From positions 133,027-197,026 of the forward strand of contig NMRA01000612.1 of NCBI GenBank assembly GCA_002633005.1: 64,000 bases of DNA, written 5' to 3'. Each line of letters opens with the position of its first letter. Position 1 is the first letter of the stretch. Source of the stretch: Phoronis australis. Lineage: Eukaryota; Animalia; Phoronida. Made by a program: the position numbers and the translations under genes. Of the stretch, positions 24,850 through 37,689 are shown piece after piece. The notes below the pieces were generated by a model. It made no database searches and had not been told where the DNA came from. It saw nothing but the letters and a program-made list of their open reading frames with translations.

Positions 24850-26720
24850 CTTTCCTCTAGCTCCGCCTCCTGTCCTACAAGACTGCCTTTCACATTCTGA
24901 TGACGCAATACATCATGCATCCTGCAATATCATTCAGCCGCAATACAGTGAGATCAGCTTAATGTCATACCCTTGCTTTGACATAAGTTATGATAACAAG
25001 GTGGTTTTCTACTTGGTGGTGATCGTAACCACTTAGTCTGAGAGTAAGACAGCTAAACAGAAAACAACTGGTTCTTAATCTTGACGTCAAGTTCTGCTAA
25101 TTCAAATGAATTGTAAATGATTTACCGTAGGTTGTTTTTTAGATAGAAAACCAAAGGTTCAAAGGGTGAGAATCTATTTTGGAGATTTTTGAATGGAGAA
25201 ATTCTAAAATATGACAATAAATCATGGCATTATTATTTTACATGGGCTTAATTAGAAATGATTTGTTTTGTGACATTTCATGGCAACAACTAGGACATTC
25301 TATTACCTGACATGACATTAAGTGGGCTGCACTGTATTACTAACCAACACCAATAGTACTCACAGACTTGATGTAATTGGTAGAGTCATCAAGTCGCTAT
25401 TGCCAAGTCACAGACAGCTAAATTTCCTGACTGGTTACAAGTGCAATTAAGATCTCAAAAAAATCTTGAAGGCTCAAGTCTTTTCAGGTATGAAAGAATT
25501 TCTTGGATTGTGACTAGAGTATGTCTGCATGACTGCATGTTAGTGGTCTAACTCAATGCTGATACTTTTAACAATAAGGTTTGCCAATAATAACTCTGTT
25601 GCAGATTTACACTAATTCAGCAGATACTTCAACACTCGTGATTTCCTAAAACTGCTAGGAAGTGGTGACGTAATATCACCATTTCTAAAATCTATTGATC
25701 TATATCTACACAAGCCCGGCACAAAACTAAATAGAATAAAGGCTAATACAGTAAATAGATCAACAGATTTTAGAAATAACGTTCCTTCAACACTCATTTT
25801 TAAAACTTTTTTCTTTTCATAGCACATGGTGGGAAGATCACAAATATTAGAGGCAGGCTTACATCTGAGTCAGTCTCCTCCCTTCAATATTCATCAACTC
25901 TCTAAAAGATGGGAAGCTAGAGTAGTAATCCCAGTCATTGCCCGCACATGGTAAATCATTGGAACTTCTCACAGCACCAATGACTGCTTGCAGCGCCCTC
26001 TGTAAATAATACCACTGGCAGTCAGAGCATACCTCATAAGACACGTTTACCCATGATAGATTGATAGTTGAAAAATGAAGAATTTTACAGACATAAATAT
26101 CAATTTCCAGGTGATAGCACGACAATAGTGTTTCAATCATAAACCAATCGGCAAATGCCCAGGAACAGGGTGAAATAAGAGAAACCGCCACTGATTATTA
26201 TAGCTATTAAACTAAAGCTATGACACAGGTTAACTGACATCAAGGGGCAATAGTGGAGTTGCACCCGTGCCATCTTGAAAATGACTCAGAATGTTGCATT
26301 GTGGGTCTGGGAGTATCATTCGGTAAACAAGCAGGCTAAAAAACGTGGAATTCGTTAGGGGCACTAATTTACTTTCTGCAGTATCTTGAGTGCATGCTCA
26401 GATGTGTGTGCATGGTAACTCTAACAGGTTACCAAACAAGATGTCAGGTCATACTGGCAACCTCAAGTCATATGATTCAATAAGTTGCATGCTATAGACA
26501 TGCACAGAGATGCAATCACAACAGAAATAACTCAGTTCATGATTTTGTTGACAGAACGAAGTCCATTTGGAAATTTGATAGTAGAAGTACTTCTTCGAGT
26601 TGGAAGCATTATACTTATTGTGAAAAATCACTTTGCTCCATTTCGAACCCAGTACTCTTATTTCAAAGTCTGGCGTCCTCACCAGTCAACCAAAGAGCGA
26701 TTACCCATACATGAGTGATA
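24850..26720 (+). pseudogene. Heavily degenerate coding-like region of unknown family, divergent from the finger gene
   Basis: Stretches of protein-like frames broken by stops and frameshifts (e.g. IGRVIKSLLPSHRQLNF, SRYFNTRDFLKLLGSGDVISPFLKSIDLYLHKPGTK), with possible splice sites. No motif recognised with confidence. Confidence 0.3.
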
Positions 26721-27799
26721 AGAGAGGCCTTTATGACAATCACTAGGGGTTCACCAGACTCCACAGGCACAGGATTTTGACTGCAACTGCCTTCAAATTC
26801 CCTACTTGTTAAAGAACACGTAGCCATTCGGCTGGCTATACAGCGGCTACAACACTCCCTATTAGTATCTGTCTCAATTTCATTTCCTGTATTTTTGGTA
26901 TGCCAAATCCGCTCACCAAATAAGAGGTTTTCAACTCATCAAAAATGCATTTTACGCTTAAAATTGTTACTTAAAAAGCACTTACATTCTTCAGCGATCC
27001 TTTCTGGTTTTGCTCATATCCTCAGGACCGAGCGAAGCACATGACTTTGTACGTGACACTTGTAAACAATAGCAGGGCAAGATAACAGGATGTGTGCAAT
27101 TGACTTAATTCTCTCCAGAGTCATGGTACATGTTAATTATAACTCAAAATGTATATTAAACCATAATCTATTCGATATTATTTGCTGTATTTTAAGATGA
27201 GTAACTTTTTAAGGGGGTGTAGTATCCCCTGTGTATGGCTGTGGCATGCACAGCGATGTAATTGTTGAAAGGAGTAAAAGTTGCAGACGGGTTCCTCTTC
27301 AGAATTGCTGTTGGGAATCAGTATTCACTGAATAACAATCGTTAGTTTTATTCAGTGAATCTGGTTCTGGCAGTGATTTTGATATGAAGAAGTACCTGCC
27401 TATTCAACTTTTACCTTCTAAAAGTGCATAATCAAACGCGTCGTTTAGTCGAGGGTTAAGCATAGTTTGAAGAACCTCTTCCAATGGATAGGTTGGGTTA
27501 TGATGTGGGTTATTGTTTACATTTTGGTATTGTTCAATTCCTTGCATCATCATTCCAAATATCAAATTTATGCTCTCACTATTTCCCAGTAGTGACAATG
27601 GAAGGAGTCATCTGGCACCCATGATCACCCTGGCGAGAAGATTCAGAAAATATTAATATCAAGTATGTACGCTAATGGAGTCGGATTGCAAACAATAAAA
27701 CAATGTCGTCACACTTTAGACAATCACCTACAGGTAAAGGTACCCAACTATGTCTTCACTGATTTCAAGTTCAGTTTTTATCAATTCACTAATGTGACT

Positions 27800-28690
27800 A
27801 GGCAATTACATCGCCCTGGATGCTGCAGGCATACAGGGGCGATATTACATCCCCACAGAAAGTTACGCATTTCAAAATTCTGCAAATAAAATCAAATGAA
27901 CCATACAAATTGGAACATGAGGTTATAATTAACACATACCACAAGTCTGGCGATGATTCAGTCGAGATAATTTGAACAAATCGGTGAAAATCTGTCGCGG
28001 TTTGCTAGAGTTTCTTTTACCGAGTGCCATTTTGAGGAAGTTACGTGAAATCAAGCATGCTGACGAATAAAGAGTCCAAGGGACATATATCTTATAGATT
28101 TCACCTGGGCCCAGTCTCCAATCTTTTTACTCGAAATGGAACTCGAAATTAGGTTTGGCATTTTCTACTCTACTTTTGGGCGAACTCAAGATATGTGTCT
28201 ATTATTCTATGCTCGAGTACACAATAACTTACGTACATAATTTATTGCCCTTAGTTCATACTTTGTAAACCCAATATTAAAGCAATAAGTTCGAGTTTGA
28301 ACTCGAAATTTCGAGTTTTTACTCGAGTTTGTAGCACGAATATAAGGGTCTTCAAGGGCAAACTTGAAGTGGAAACTCCTATGCATAAACTATAATGTAT
28401 TCGAGCTCAGTCTGATAACCAATTATCTTAAGTTCGCACAAAAGGAGCAGAGAAATTGCCAAAAATAGTTTCGAGTTCGTTTCGAGTACAAAGATTAGAG
28501 ACCGGGCCCTGATACCTTCGCATGCTAATTTGAAAAAGTCACGCGCTAGCGTCGCGCTTTGCCCAGTCTCGCGCTAGCCTTTGCCTAAATCACGTGACCG
28601 AGTTGACATACTTGTGGTTATCACGCACGTGGTGAAAAAGTTAACAGCAACCAAAAAAGTGGACTTGGAATTCTTCGCCAAAGTCAACTT
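27800..28690 (+). mobile_element. Dispersed non-autonomous DNA element; second copy inverted at 61500-62030
   Basis: Reverse-complement similarity to 61500-62030 over the whole length once the MITE at 28108-28508 is removed; ends next to TTAA at ~28690. Confidence 0.75.
28108..28508. mobile_element. PIF/Harbinger-type MITE
   Basis: TIRs GGCCCAGTCTCCAATCTTT / AAAGATTAGAGACCGGGCC with a 3-bp CTG target duplication. The empty site is visible in the paralogous copy at ~61680. Confidence 0.8.
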
Positions 28691-29107
28691 AATTCTCACA
28701 ACTAAGCTTAATCGAAGATATGTATACTAACTATAGATAGGGAGGACAATCAAAAAGTAGGTCACGGTGCTCCATATCTGCCTCCGTGTAAAACTCACGT
28801 CAGTAAATTGCCCGATTTCAGACTTCAAAGTTAACTATAAGACAATTTTGTGTTATAAATCATTACCTTAGTCTTTATTTGTAAGTTTGTAATCTTTTTG
28901 TCTCAAATTATCGCTGATAAATCATTTTTTGTAAGCTTTTTTTAGCGCACGATTTTCCGCCACGCGATCAACTTTCGAAAAAGTACCTCCTGTTCCTCCT
29001 ATCCAAAAGAGCACTATACTCTCAAATACAAACATGAAATTTGGACAGGATGTAGTTTAGTAAGTGCGCATTGTCACGTTTTTCCCCGTGTGTGGGTGGG
29101 CGCAAGG

Positions 29108-29877
29108 TGTTACAGACCGGTGCTAATAGCTTTCGGTGCGAAGATTGACTGAAGACTGGTTCGAGTTAATCCTTTATTAATCCCGACCGTACGTTCACAA
29201 GCCTACTCAAACAAAACGTCCGACGTAATGTCTGTTCTATGCTCCAGCCAGTGCTGCGAAGCCTTGACTTGTATTGAACTTCTGAGATACTTCCAGCAAC
29301 TGTTACACTCGATTCAATAACCTGCTGTCTCTATAGCTGGCTCTCTATTGACTATCGCTGTAACTGCTGATTCTCTTCACTGCAACTCAACTGTAATCTC
29401 CTGAATAACTGACTTGATCTCTTCGTACTCAACTTTCTTGAATTCAACTGACTTGATCTCCTGATGAAATGCTGACTTGATCTGACTGACTTAATCTTCT
29501 TGGACTCAAGTGACTAACACAAACCCGTGCTTGTGTATTTATAGCCTAATGCATTGTTCTAAAACTTTTCATCAATTCAAGCACATACCAGAACTTTCTG
29601 GAACCTACCCAATCATTCTACAAACGTACTAGTCTCTAGAATATTCCAGACTGCATTAATCACTGTCATGCTAGAGTCTTCTATAAAGTTCCACGCTATA
29701 CTGTAGTAAACAAATTACATCATCACTGTTCTGACCTCAGTCTTCTAGAAAGTTCCACACTATTTTGTAGTAAACAAATTACATCATCATTGTACTTAAC
29801 TCAGGGGTCATGCCGATCAAACTGAATAACAAAACAAAACAATACAACTAATAATACTGTCAGAAAATAGTCTGACA
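29108..29877 (-). mobile_element. Probable solo LTR
   Basis: TGTTACAGAC...GTCTGACA termini; minus-strand TATA-like motif (~29540) and AATAAA (~29175); short internal repeats (actgacttgatct). No clean TSD. Confidence 0.55.
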
Positions 29878-31276
29878 CGTATCTCCTCAAGTTGTTTTCT
29901 TGCAGTCTTGGCCAAGTTTTCATGGCGAGTTTTCGATCGTCCGGAAGGCCTAATTTTGGTCGGTCGGGAGATTGATGTTTTTCCAGTTGCGCAATATGCC
30001 CCCCCGATTTTTAGATGAGGAATTTATCACTCTTTTAAATGGTAATTATTTCATTTTCAGAAATTCTGTCAAACTGCTGCGCATCGGTACTTTTCAAACA
30101 GCAGTCGTTAGTTCACTAACTCGCCGCATGTAAGCGCCACCAGCGGCTACGTTGAAGTTCAATGGCATCGCAACTTCACCGTTCGAAATAAAGTTGTTAC
30201 TAAGTTTTTGTTGCGTAAATGATGAAATCCTTCATGTTAGGGGTGATTTGTTTTCCCAAATGGTCTTTTGTCTACTTTCTGATGTTTTTTGCCATGATAC
30301 GATCTAATAGTACATGGGTGGCACCCAGCACTGAAAAAAGTCACTGGGGGAGCCTATAGCTCCTGTCAGGCAATGATGTGTTGNACTTAAACGGCAATAT
30401 CTCTGTAGAAATCGATCCAAATTTTATATAATACACACCACCATGTTTGTCTCAATGAGACAAATCTTTTTATATGCAGCACATGTATATTCTTTTATTT
30501 TTACGAAATTATGTAAAAAGGCAGATATTTTACGCATAATCGTCGCGTTTCAACAGCCATTTTCTCGTCAACCACTCATCCAATTTTTCTGATTTTTGTA
30601 CCATTTCATTTCTCACACCAAGGGCTATTCAAAAATGTATGACACATGGGTATTGTAAAAAAAAAATTAAAAACGTTGTCCTCCCTACTATACAGAAGTA
30701 GAAAGGACCAATGCCCAATGGCAATGATGAAAGTAAGCGCAATGTATTTTTGACGATCGAGGTGAAAACTCAAAATCGGTAACCTAAATCCGGTCATGGC
30801 CCGTTTAAAATACACGTAACGAAATGCGCACAGAAAGCGAATGGAAGTATGGTAGCCCCTAAATGGCCAACCGAGGGGTTACGTGAACCACTCGACTCCT
30901 CTTTGGTGTTCCAACACCAACTTCTCACACGACAAACACAATGCATTGCTCAATGATCGTGATGTGTCATGTCTACCTTTGCGTTAGTTCAAACACTTTT
31001 GTAATACCTGAGAAAACGACTTAACATCTACAAGGTCCAGTTGTATCGTTTTGTTTTCATCTGTCTTATCACTTTCACTGGAAGCGGCCATTTTTAAACA
31101 CGTGTGACGGTCAGCGCCACCTTCCGGATGCTAGCGTCTAATCTTTTTCATTCGAATAGGCCCCGCAAAGGTTTGTCACATGTCCCGTTGTTCTTAATCT
31201 ATAATTCTCTATGATGCTAAGTTTGAGTATGGTATGGCTTACTTGGACTGAGTGGCTTCACCAAGGGACTGAAGAC

Positions 31277-34200
31277 CAGGGCCGTAGGAAGCGGGGGGCC
31301 GGGGGGGAGGGGGCACGGGCCCCAAAAAAAATTTTCAGGTGTCTGGGTTTAACCGTGGCAACCGACATAGGCGTTTTGCCGGGGACAGTCGAGAAAAGAA
31401 AGACTGCGAAAAACGGATAAGAGAGAAAATTCAAGAGAACATTTAAGAAATCTGCAGCAGTGCACGGTTTACCTTTTGAGGACCCTGGCCAGGACTGACA
31501 CTGTCGTTAGTGCCGGTCTTCTCTTGAGTGCAGCACAGGTCGTCTTAACGCCCACATATATTTCGAAAAATCGAGAAAATTTGTAAAGCGAAGCTTTTCC
31601 GGAACGTACTAATTTACTGGATGTTTAAATTCAACAAGTCACCGAATGCAAAACTATATTTTTCCAGAGGCACCTGTCTGGCAAGGGATAACGGAGACAA
31701 CTTTCGCTTTATTTTTTTTTCTCGAAACTGTAAATCCCTTGAGAAAATTTGATGGCCTGACAGATAACATCAATTGGTGTGAATTTCCTGATATTTTCGT
31801 ATTTAGGAGCCCCGCCCTTGAAGGAGGCCATTGATGACATTCGAGTGGCCACCTCAGTTTCTGTGTCCTTATTGACAAATTCTTAAGGGGCCGCTCACGG
31901 AGAGAGGGCCCAATGTTGGAATTGGTTACCTATATTTTCCTGTTTTTTTTTTGTGAAATCGGGCTTTCATGTTGAAGGAGGTCACTCTCTGTATTGTTTT
32001 GGGACCACACGACTGTGGAATGACTTTTTTCCAAGCTTAATGATGTTTAGCCTTTCATCTTAAGGTGTCCCATTCAGACAGTACCCTCTCTCGGTGGAGC
32101 AGTTCGGGGTAAATGTCCCTTTGTTCCTCTATATACATGTATATCTGCGCGATCAGACTGATATATGTGAACGATGATCAGTCTCATCAGAATTCATATC
32201 AACCAAAATGGAGGTGCAAGATTTTTACACAAGCATTACTTAATCTAAGTTTAGAAAATAGGAAGAAGACGAACAGTACACAGTGTCTATTTTGTGACGT
32301 ACAAGTTCAGTAAGATTGGCGGTAAATATAAGGGGAAAAACTAAGCCTTTGAACTAGCAAGGAGAAATGTATAATGCATACAGAAGTATGCAACAGTCAG
32401 GGCACGGACATCTGTGTACATTCTGAGGGACGTACATGTGTAGCTAGTATGGAGGGAGATTTGTCTCGTGCGGAACCCTCTCCAGTGGGGAGGAGGGGGG
32501 AGGGAGAGGCGACACAACAATTCGTGATGATCGGCACTAAACATTTTAGCATCAGAAATATTACATAGATTCATTCAAGTAAGTCAGGCAAACGCATTTT
32601 AATTAATAACCCACTGGTACATGCCACCTGCCGCCCCGAAGTGTCGTACCAGATGGTTCCAGTTCAATCCCGTCCTGCAGCCATTCTATTACTGCTTATG
32701 AATTTCTGTAATTACATCACGTTTCATCTATTATAGTTGCTAAACGTAAATTGAAACATTAGAACGTTCTAGAAACCATGTACAGTTAGTTGTTGCAACA
32801 AGAGGGGGGGTAACATATATCAAACTTTACAAATATCCGTGGCGTTGGAATTTTGCAATTAAATGCTGACTGACGTCAATTTGAACATGTGTCGTAAAAC
32901 GCTACGCAATATTGCCATAAGTCAAAATTTTAATAATTTTGCTAAAACTAATGATTGCTTAAAGGTATTTCAATAAACACAGTGTACATTCAATGACTGG
33001 CACTGGTGCATTACAAGCTTCAAGGTGTAAGACATATCAAATCCAAATAGAAAAAATATTCTACATGTATAAAGAGTTCGTCTCACCCACGTGTTAGACG
33101 AAGTACAGGCTCTATTTCCTATTTTTTGGTTACACTAATTGTCGTAGCTCGCTACATAAATATAGACAATCTAAATCCGTGGTCACGACCATAATATAAA
33201 ATAGCGTGCTACATATAATATAGACATTCTAAATCCATGGCCATAACCATAATATAGAATAGCGCACTGACCCTGTATGTAAATCCGACACTGCCAAGTA
33301 TTCTCGAGGGAAGTTGAGATTCCAAATTCATCAAAAAAACAAAAAAAAACTCTTGCATAGCCCAGTCATTCGACCCAAACAACCAAAAATTTGAAAAAAA
33401 TACAGTAGGATTGCCGTCATCGCCGGGAAAGGGTGGAATTTTGAAGAAGGTGAAGACTGCTACTTGTGAATTACACAAAAGAACTATTTCCAATGGTTGA
33501 TTATAAAATAATGTTACTGATTTCCGTAGAATCACAAGAATAGTATCTCTTTTGAAGATGGTTACTATGAGTTGTTTATAAGGAATGATTCCCACTTGTG
33601 GAAAACACTGCTGTCTAGGCTACTATTTGTAATGATCGTGTACTGTACATGTCGAAAGTGGTGCTCAAAGAACTCTCGCAATCATAAACAAAGAATTCAA
33701 CGTTTTTTTGTCAGTGGAGTTCAAGTTTACATCGTGAACCGTTATAGGCACCTCTGAAAAAAACACCTTAATACGAATACCCCATCTCCCATATTCCCCC
33801 GGTTACCCGTCAAAAGTCTGCGAGCATGCATGCGGAAATAGAGCATAACATTCCTGTTTGATAAACAAATTCGTTGGTTTCTGATTTACTTGTTTATGTA
33901 TCTACGAATATCGATAGAGTCATAGATGATGCTTGACAATTAGAAGCTAATCTTGTAAGAATTGGTGATAATCCAGTGATTTTTATTGCTGCCTGAAGTT
34001 GGAAAAACTCTATAATCTGATCTTCAAATAGTAAAGTACACTTAGACGATTTTTGCATATCTACAATAACTCTCAGACATTGATGAAATTCGTGCTTAAA
34101 CCGTAGATAGAAAAACGTTTTAAAAATCATTAAATAAATATAATTAAACTCATTTCTTGGAAAGTTTGTCTTCGCAGTTCCTTGGTGTTTTTAGTTTACA

Positions 34201-34864
34201 GTAGTATTGATCGAGTAATGAATTTTTGTTCTTCAAAACTGAATGGATTGCTTTCCCTGATTCGCATGCAGGTCATGACTGACGTATCTACGTTATGAAA
34301 AATAAGATGTAACCATGCAGTAGGCCGCGCAGACAGTGATTTTTTGGACACACTATCCTTTTCCCCAGCCACCAGAAACAGAACTACCGGTCGTGTTTCA
34401 ACTAGGGATTTTGAAACAGCCCCAAAGGCACTATAACAGTGACTTCGGGACCTCACCTTTTCAAAAAAACTTTCAAAGAATGACCATAATAAAATAAAGT
34501 TTTCCTGAAAATCGATTACAACAAAACGAATCTTGACTTTAGAACGAGTGCAGACGCTGCCTGTCTCAAGTGAATCATAGTCGGTTGAGCTGACCAGCAA
34601 CTAGCTTTCATCGGGAATTTCGTATTTTCACATTGTTAGATCTCGGCTATAGCTACTTGAGGCAACTCCTCGCTACAGGTCAGTGTACTGGTCCTAGGCC
34701 CATTCTTACTCTCCGTGTTGGTTCACGATTACTGACTCAACTCTTAATGGATGGATCTCCGGAACTGTCCCAGCGCGGATCCAGGATTTTGTCGGNGCGG
34801 AGGTGGTGGCGACGTCGAAATGGTTTGTGCCTCCCCCAATAATTTTTGCCTTCCTACGGGCCTG
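31277..34864. mobile_element. hAT-like TIR pair enclosing ~3.6 kb of mixed, decayed sequence
   Basis: CAGGGCCGTAGGAAG at 31277 and CTTCCTACGGGCCTG ending at 34864. Flanks CTGAAGAC / CTGAAGAT suggest an 8-bp TSD that overlaps the right end. Confidence 0.5.
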
Positions 34865-35965
34865 AAGATTTTCTGATGTAACACATGCCCTGGAAGATCC
34901 TCAGGCAAAATCATTCCCGAAGACTCCGCCTAGAAGTTTTCGGGAAATTGTCAAATTAATTCATAATCAAACTTTTGCGCTTTCCAAGATAGTCTATGTA
35001 ATAAATAATTTAAGAATGGGCAGCGTAAATGGAACGAAAGTCAACATTATAATAAAAGAAATAACAAAACGTGACTTTAAATTTTTATTGATATCCGGCA
35101 GTGGTTTGCCAGTTAGTGAGGCAAATGTTATCAAGTCATTACTACTAAAATGGGTTACCTATTGTTTGGACGGAAACAATGTTTAAAGTGTTTTCAAAAT
35201 ATTTGGCATATGGGGATATTCTGATCTTTAAATCAAATCGTTAACTGTGCGGCTTGCAAATTGGATACTAGTAGTCTTCTACCATAATGATGCTTGAGAA
35301 ATTCTAGGCCACTTGCGAATGTGGAGCAATAAACGCATTTTCATTGATGGTATGACTGTGTTCTTCAAGTTCCTATGAGGCAGGTATCATTGGATTTGAA
35401 AACTAATTTTTGGAGCTGGGAGGTACTGAAATAAAAATACGAGCTTTTAAACAGGACGGACTATATTACTTTGAGACATGTAATAAACTCGAAGGTGGAA
35501 CCTACCAGGTCAAAATATAGCCTTATTTCAAGCTAAATAAGATAAATACCCTGCTTTCCAAAATTGTTTCGCCTCCGGATTTGTAATCAGCTTGATTGAT
35601 ATTCAGCATAGACAACCTGTCAAAATTAAGTTACACAAAACTCGTGTTGCCTGATCCTTATGTTAGAACTTTCAAATATTAGTTGTATTCATGAAAAGGT
35701 TAACACAAAAAGTGGAAATTTGTGGTACAAGATTCAGGAAGTCTTAACTACACAACAGCACGATTTAATGTTAAATAAAACTGTTATTTTAATAACATGT
35801 ATACGTAATTTGGAAACTAGTTGGCTGCTAATTGTCAACCTAAGACTTACATGCACAATGACAAAGTTAAGATTCACATGGGATACCTCACAGATTAAAA
35901 TACCCAACCCATAACACTTGTCAAGAAGCCCCTCCTCCTACGGGAGTCTACCCAGCGAAAGATAG

Positions 35966-36380
35966 ATGAAAGCGCTCCGAGGAGCGACACTTGGCGAAAT
36001 TAACAGAAAAGATGACGATAGGGATGACGACGAAGAGGACGACTATGACGACGATGGTGGCGATGATGAACAATTCAAGTAATGATAACATTCACAAGAC
36101 GAACGTAGAGGCCAGACATCAGGAAATATAGGGTACAGTCTTGAACGACACTTGGCGAAAATAACTGAAAAGACGACGGAGATAATGACGAAGAGGACGA
36201 ATATGACGAAGATGGTGGCGATGATGAACAATTCAAGTAATGATAACATTCACAAGACGAACGTAAAGGCCAGACATCAGTCTTGAACGACACTTGGCGA
36301 AATTAACTGAAAAAACGACGACGGAGATGATGACGAAGATAACGAATATGATGACGATGGTGATGATGCTGAACAACATC
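35966..36380 (+). repeat. Three tandem ~140-160-bp units rich in GAY/GAR triplets
   Basis: Anchor cgacacttggcgaaa at ~35986, ~36147 and ~36288, each followed by an Asp/Glu-codon run and gatgatgaacaa or a variant. Confidence 0.85.
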
Positions 36381-37689
36381 ATAAAATTCATATGAAGCAC
36401 TTAGATGTCATAAATCAGCAATAGGCTACACTCTTGCCCAATAGAAACTAAACCAACATCAATGGAGCAAGAGCGCTCAACAAAGGAACAGCGCTATCAG
36501 AAAATCTCGAATAATTCAAAGAGTAGACGTCCTAGCGAAAAATGGTAAACATCTTCTGAAAGCCCGTTCAAAACTCTATCTAAACTGATGGTATTGCCTA
36601 ATTCCGTAAATTTTTCGAAAAAAATGAAATTTTGCGTTTTTTTAAGAATTTCAAAGTCAAAGAACTCGAAAACGGTAAGTCTGAGGAAAAAATTGTTGCA
36701 GGTCATTTGAAAGAGTATACCTCAAAGAATCCACAAGCAAAAATTCACGTCTTTTTCTCTTCCCGTTTAAAATCGCACTCCAGCACGACTGAAAATGGGT
36801 CAACATGCGCCAGATACGCCATCTTGAAAGCAACTTCCGGTTTTCGGCTCTGTATAATAGCAAGTCATGAGAAACTAATACATGTAAAAATTCGAAGCAA
36901 TTGACCCTATAATGCACACTCTACAGGAGAAAACGTTTTTAGGTCAAAATCGAGGTGCGCGTGCACGATCGCCGATATTTCCGCCATCTTTAACCGGAAG
37001 TAAACAATTTCCGGTATACTTGTAGCACACTTCCGGTCAATTTACTGTGGCCATTCTTAGCCTTGTACGTAAAAACATGTGGCCTCCAGCATTTGAACCT
37101 TTAAATGAAATCAAAATGGCCGCCACCTTGGATCCGATTATAACGCAAAACAATAGGCTTCCAGTACTTCAGGAACTACGTGTTATGTGAAATTTCGTGA
37201 TGATCGAACGAAAATTGCGACCTGCATTGTGCGAACAAAAAATAAAAAAAAATTAGTGAAAGAAGCAACATACTTGGCGAAATTTATTTCTCAAAGTAAA
37301 AATTTTCGTTTTGACTACGATGAATCTTCACCCAGAATGAAGGAAAAATGTTACCCATGGTCGCTAAAATTTGTCCAGTTTCATTGTCTCCAATTAATCT
37401 AAAATAACCACTCCTTGTTCCAGAGAGATAAGACTACTGATTCAGCTATGCGAGAGAAAAAAGGAACATGAAATTACGACTAAAAAGTAAGAACCAAAAA
37501 AGCAAAAATAGTTGAACTGCTTTGTAAAACGAAGCAGAGAGTATGTACCTAAGGTTAGAAAGCACAAAAAAAACTTTGCTTGACCAGGCATATATTTGCA
37601 TACAATAATGCAAGTTACATAACATAACGTAACATAACTCTGAGTGTAGCAATTGATCAAACATTCATTGAACAATGAAGACATGGTGT

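Noticed and set aside
25800-26720. Tyrosine recombinase assignment for the decayed + strand gene
   Set aside because: The catalytic R-H-R-H-Y residues could not be placed in a consistent frame.
33500-35900. Possible LINE endonuclease remnants
   Set aside because: Only faint motif similarity; too decayed to assign.
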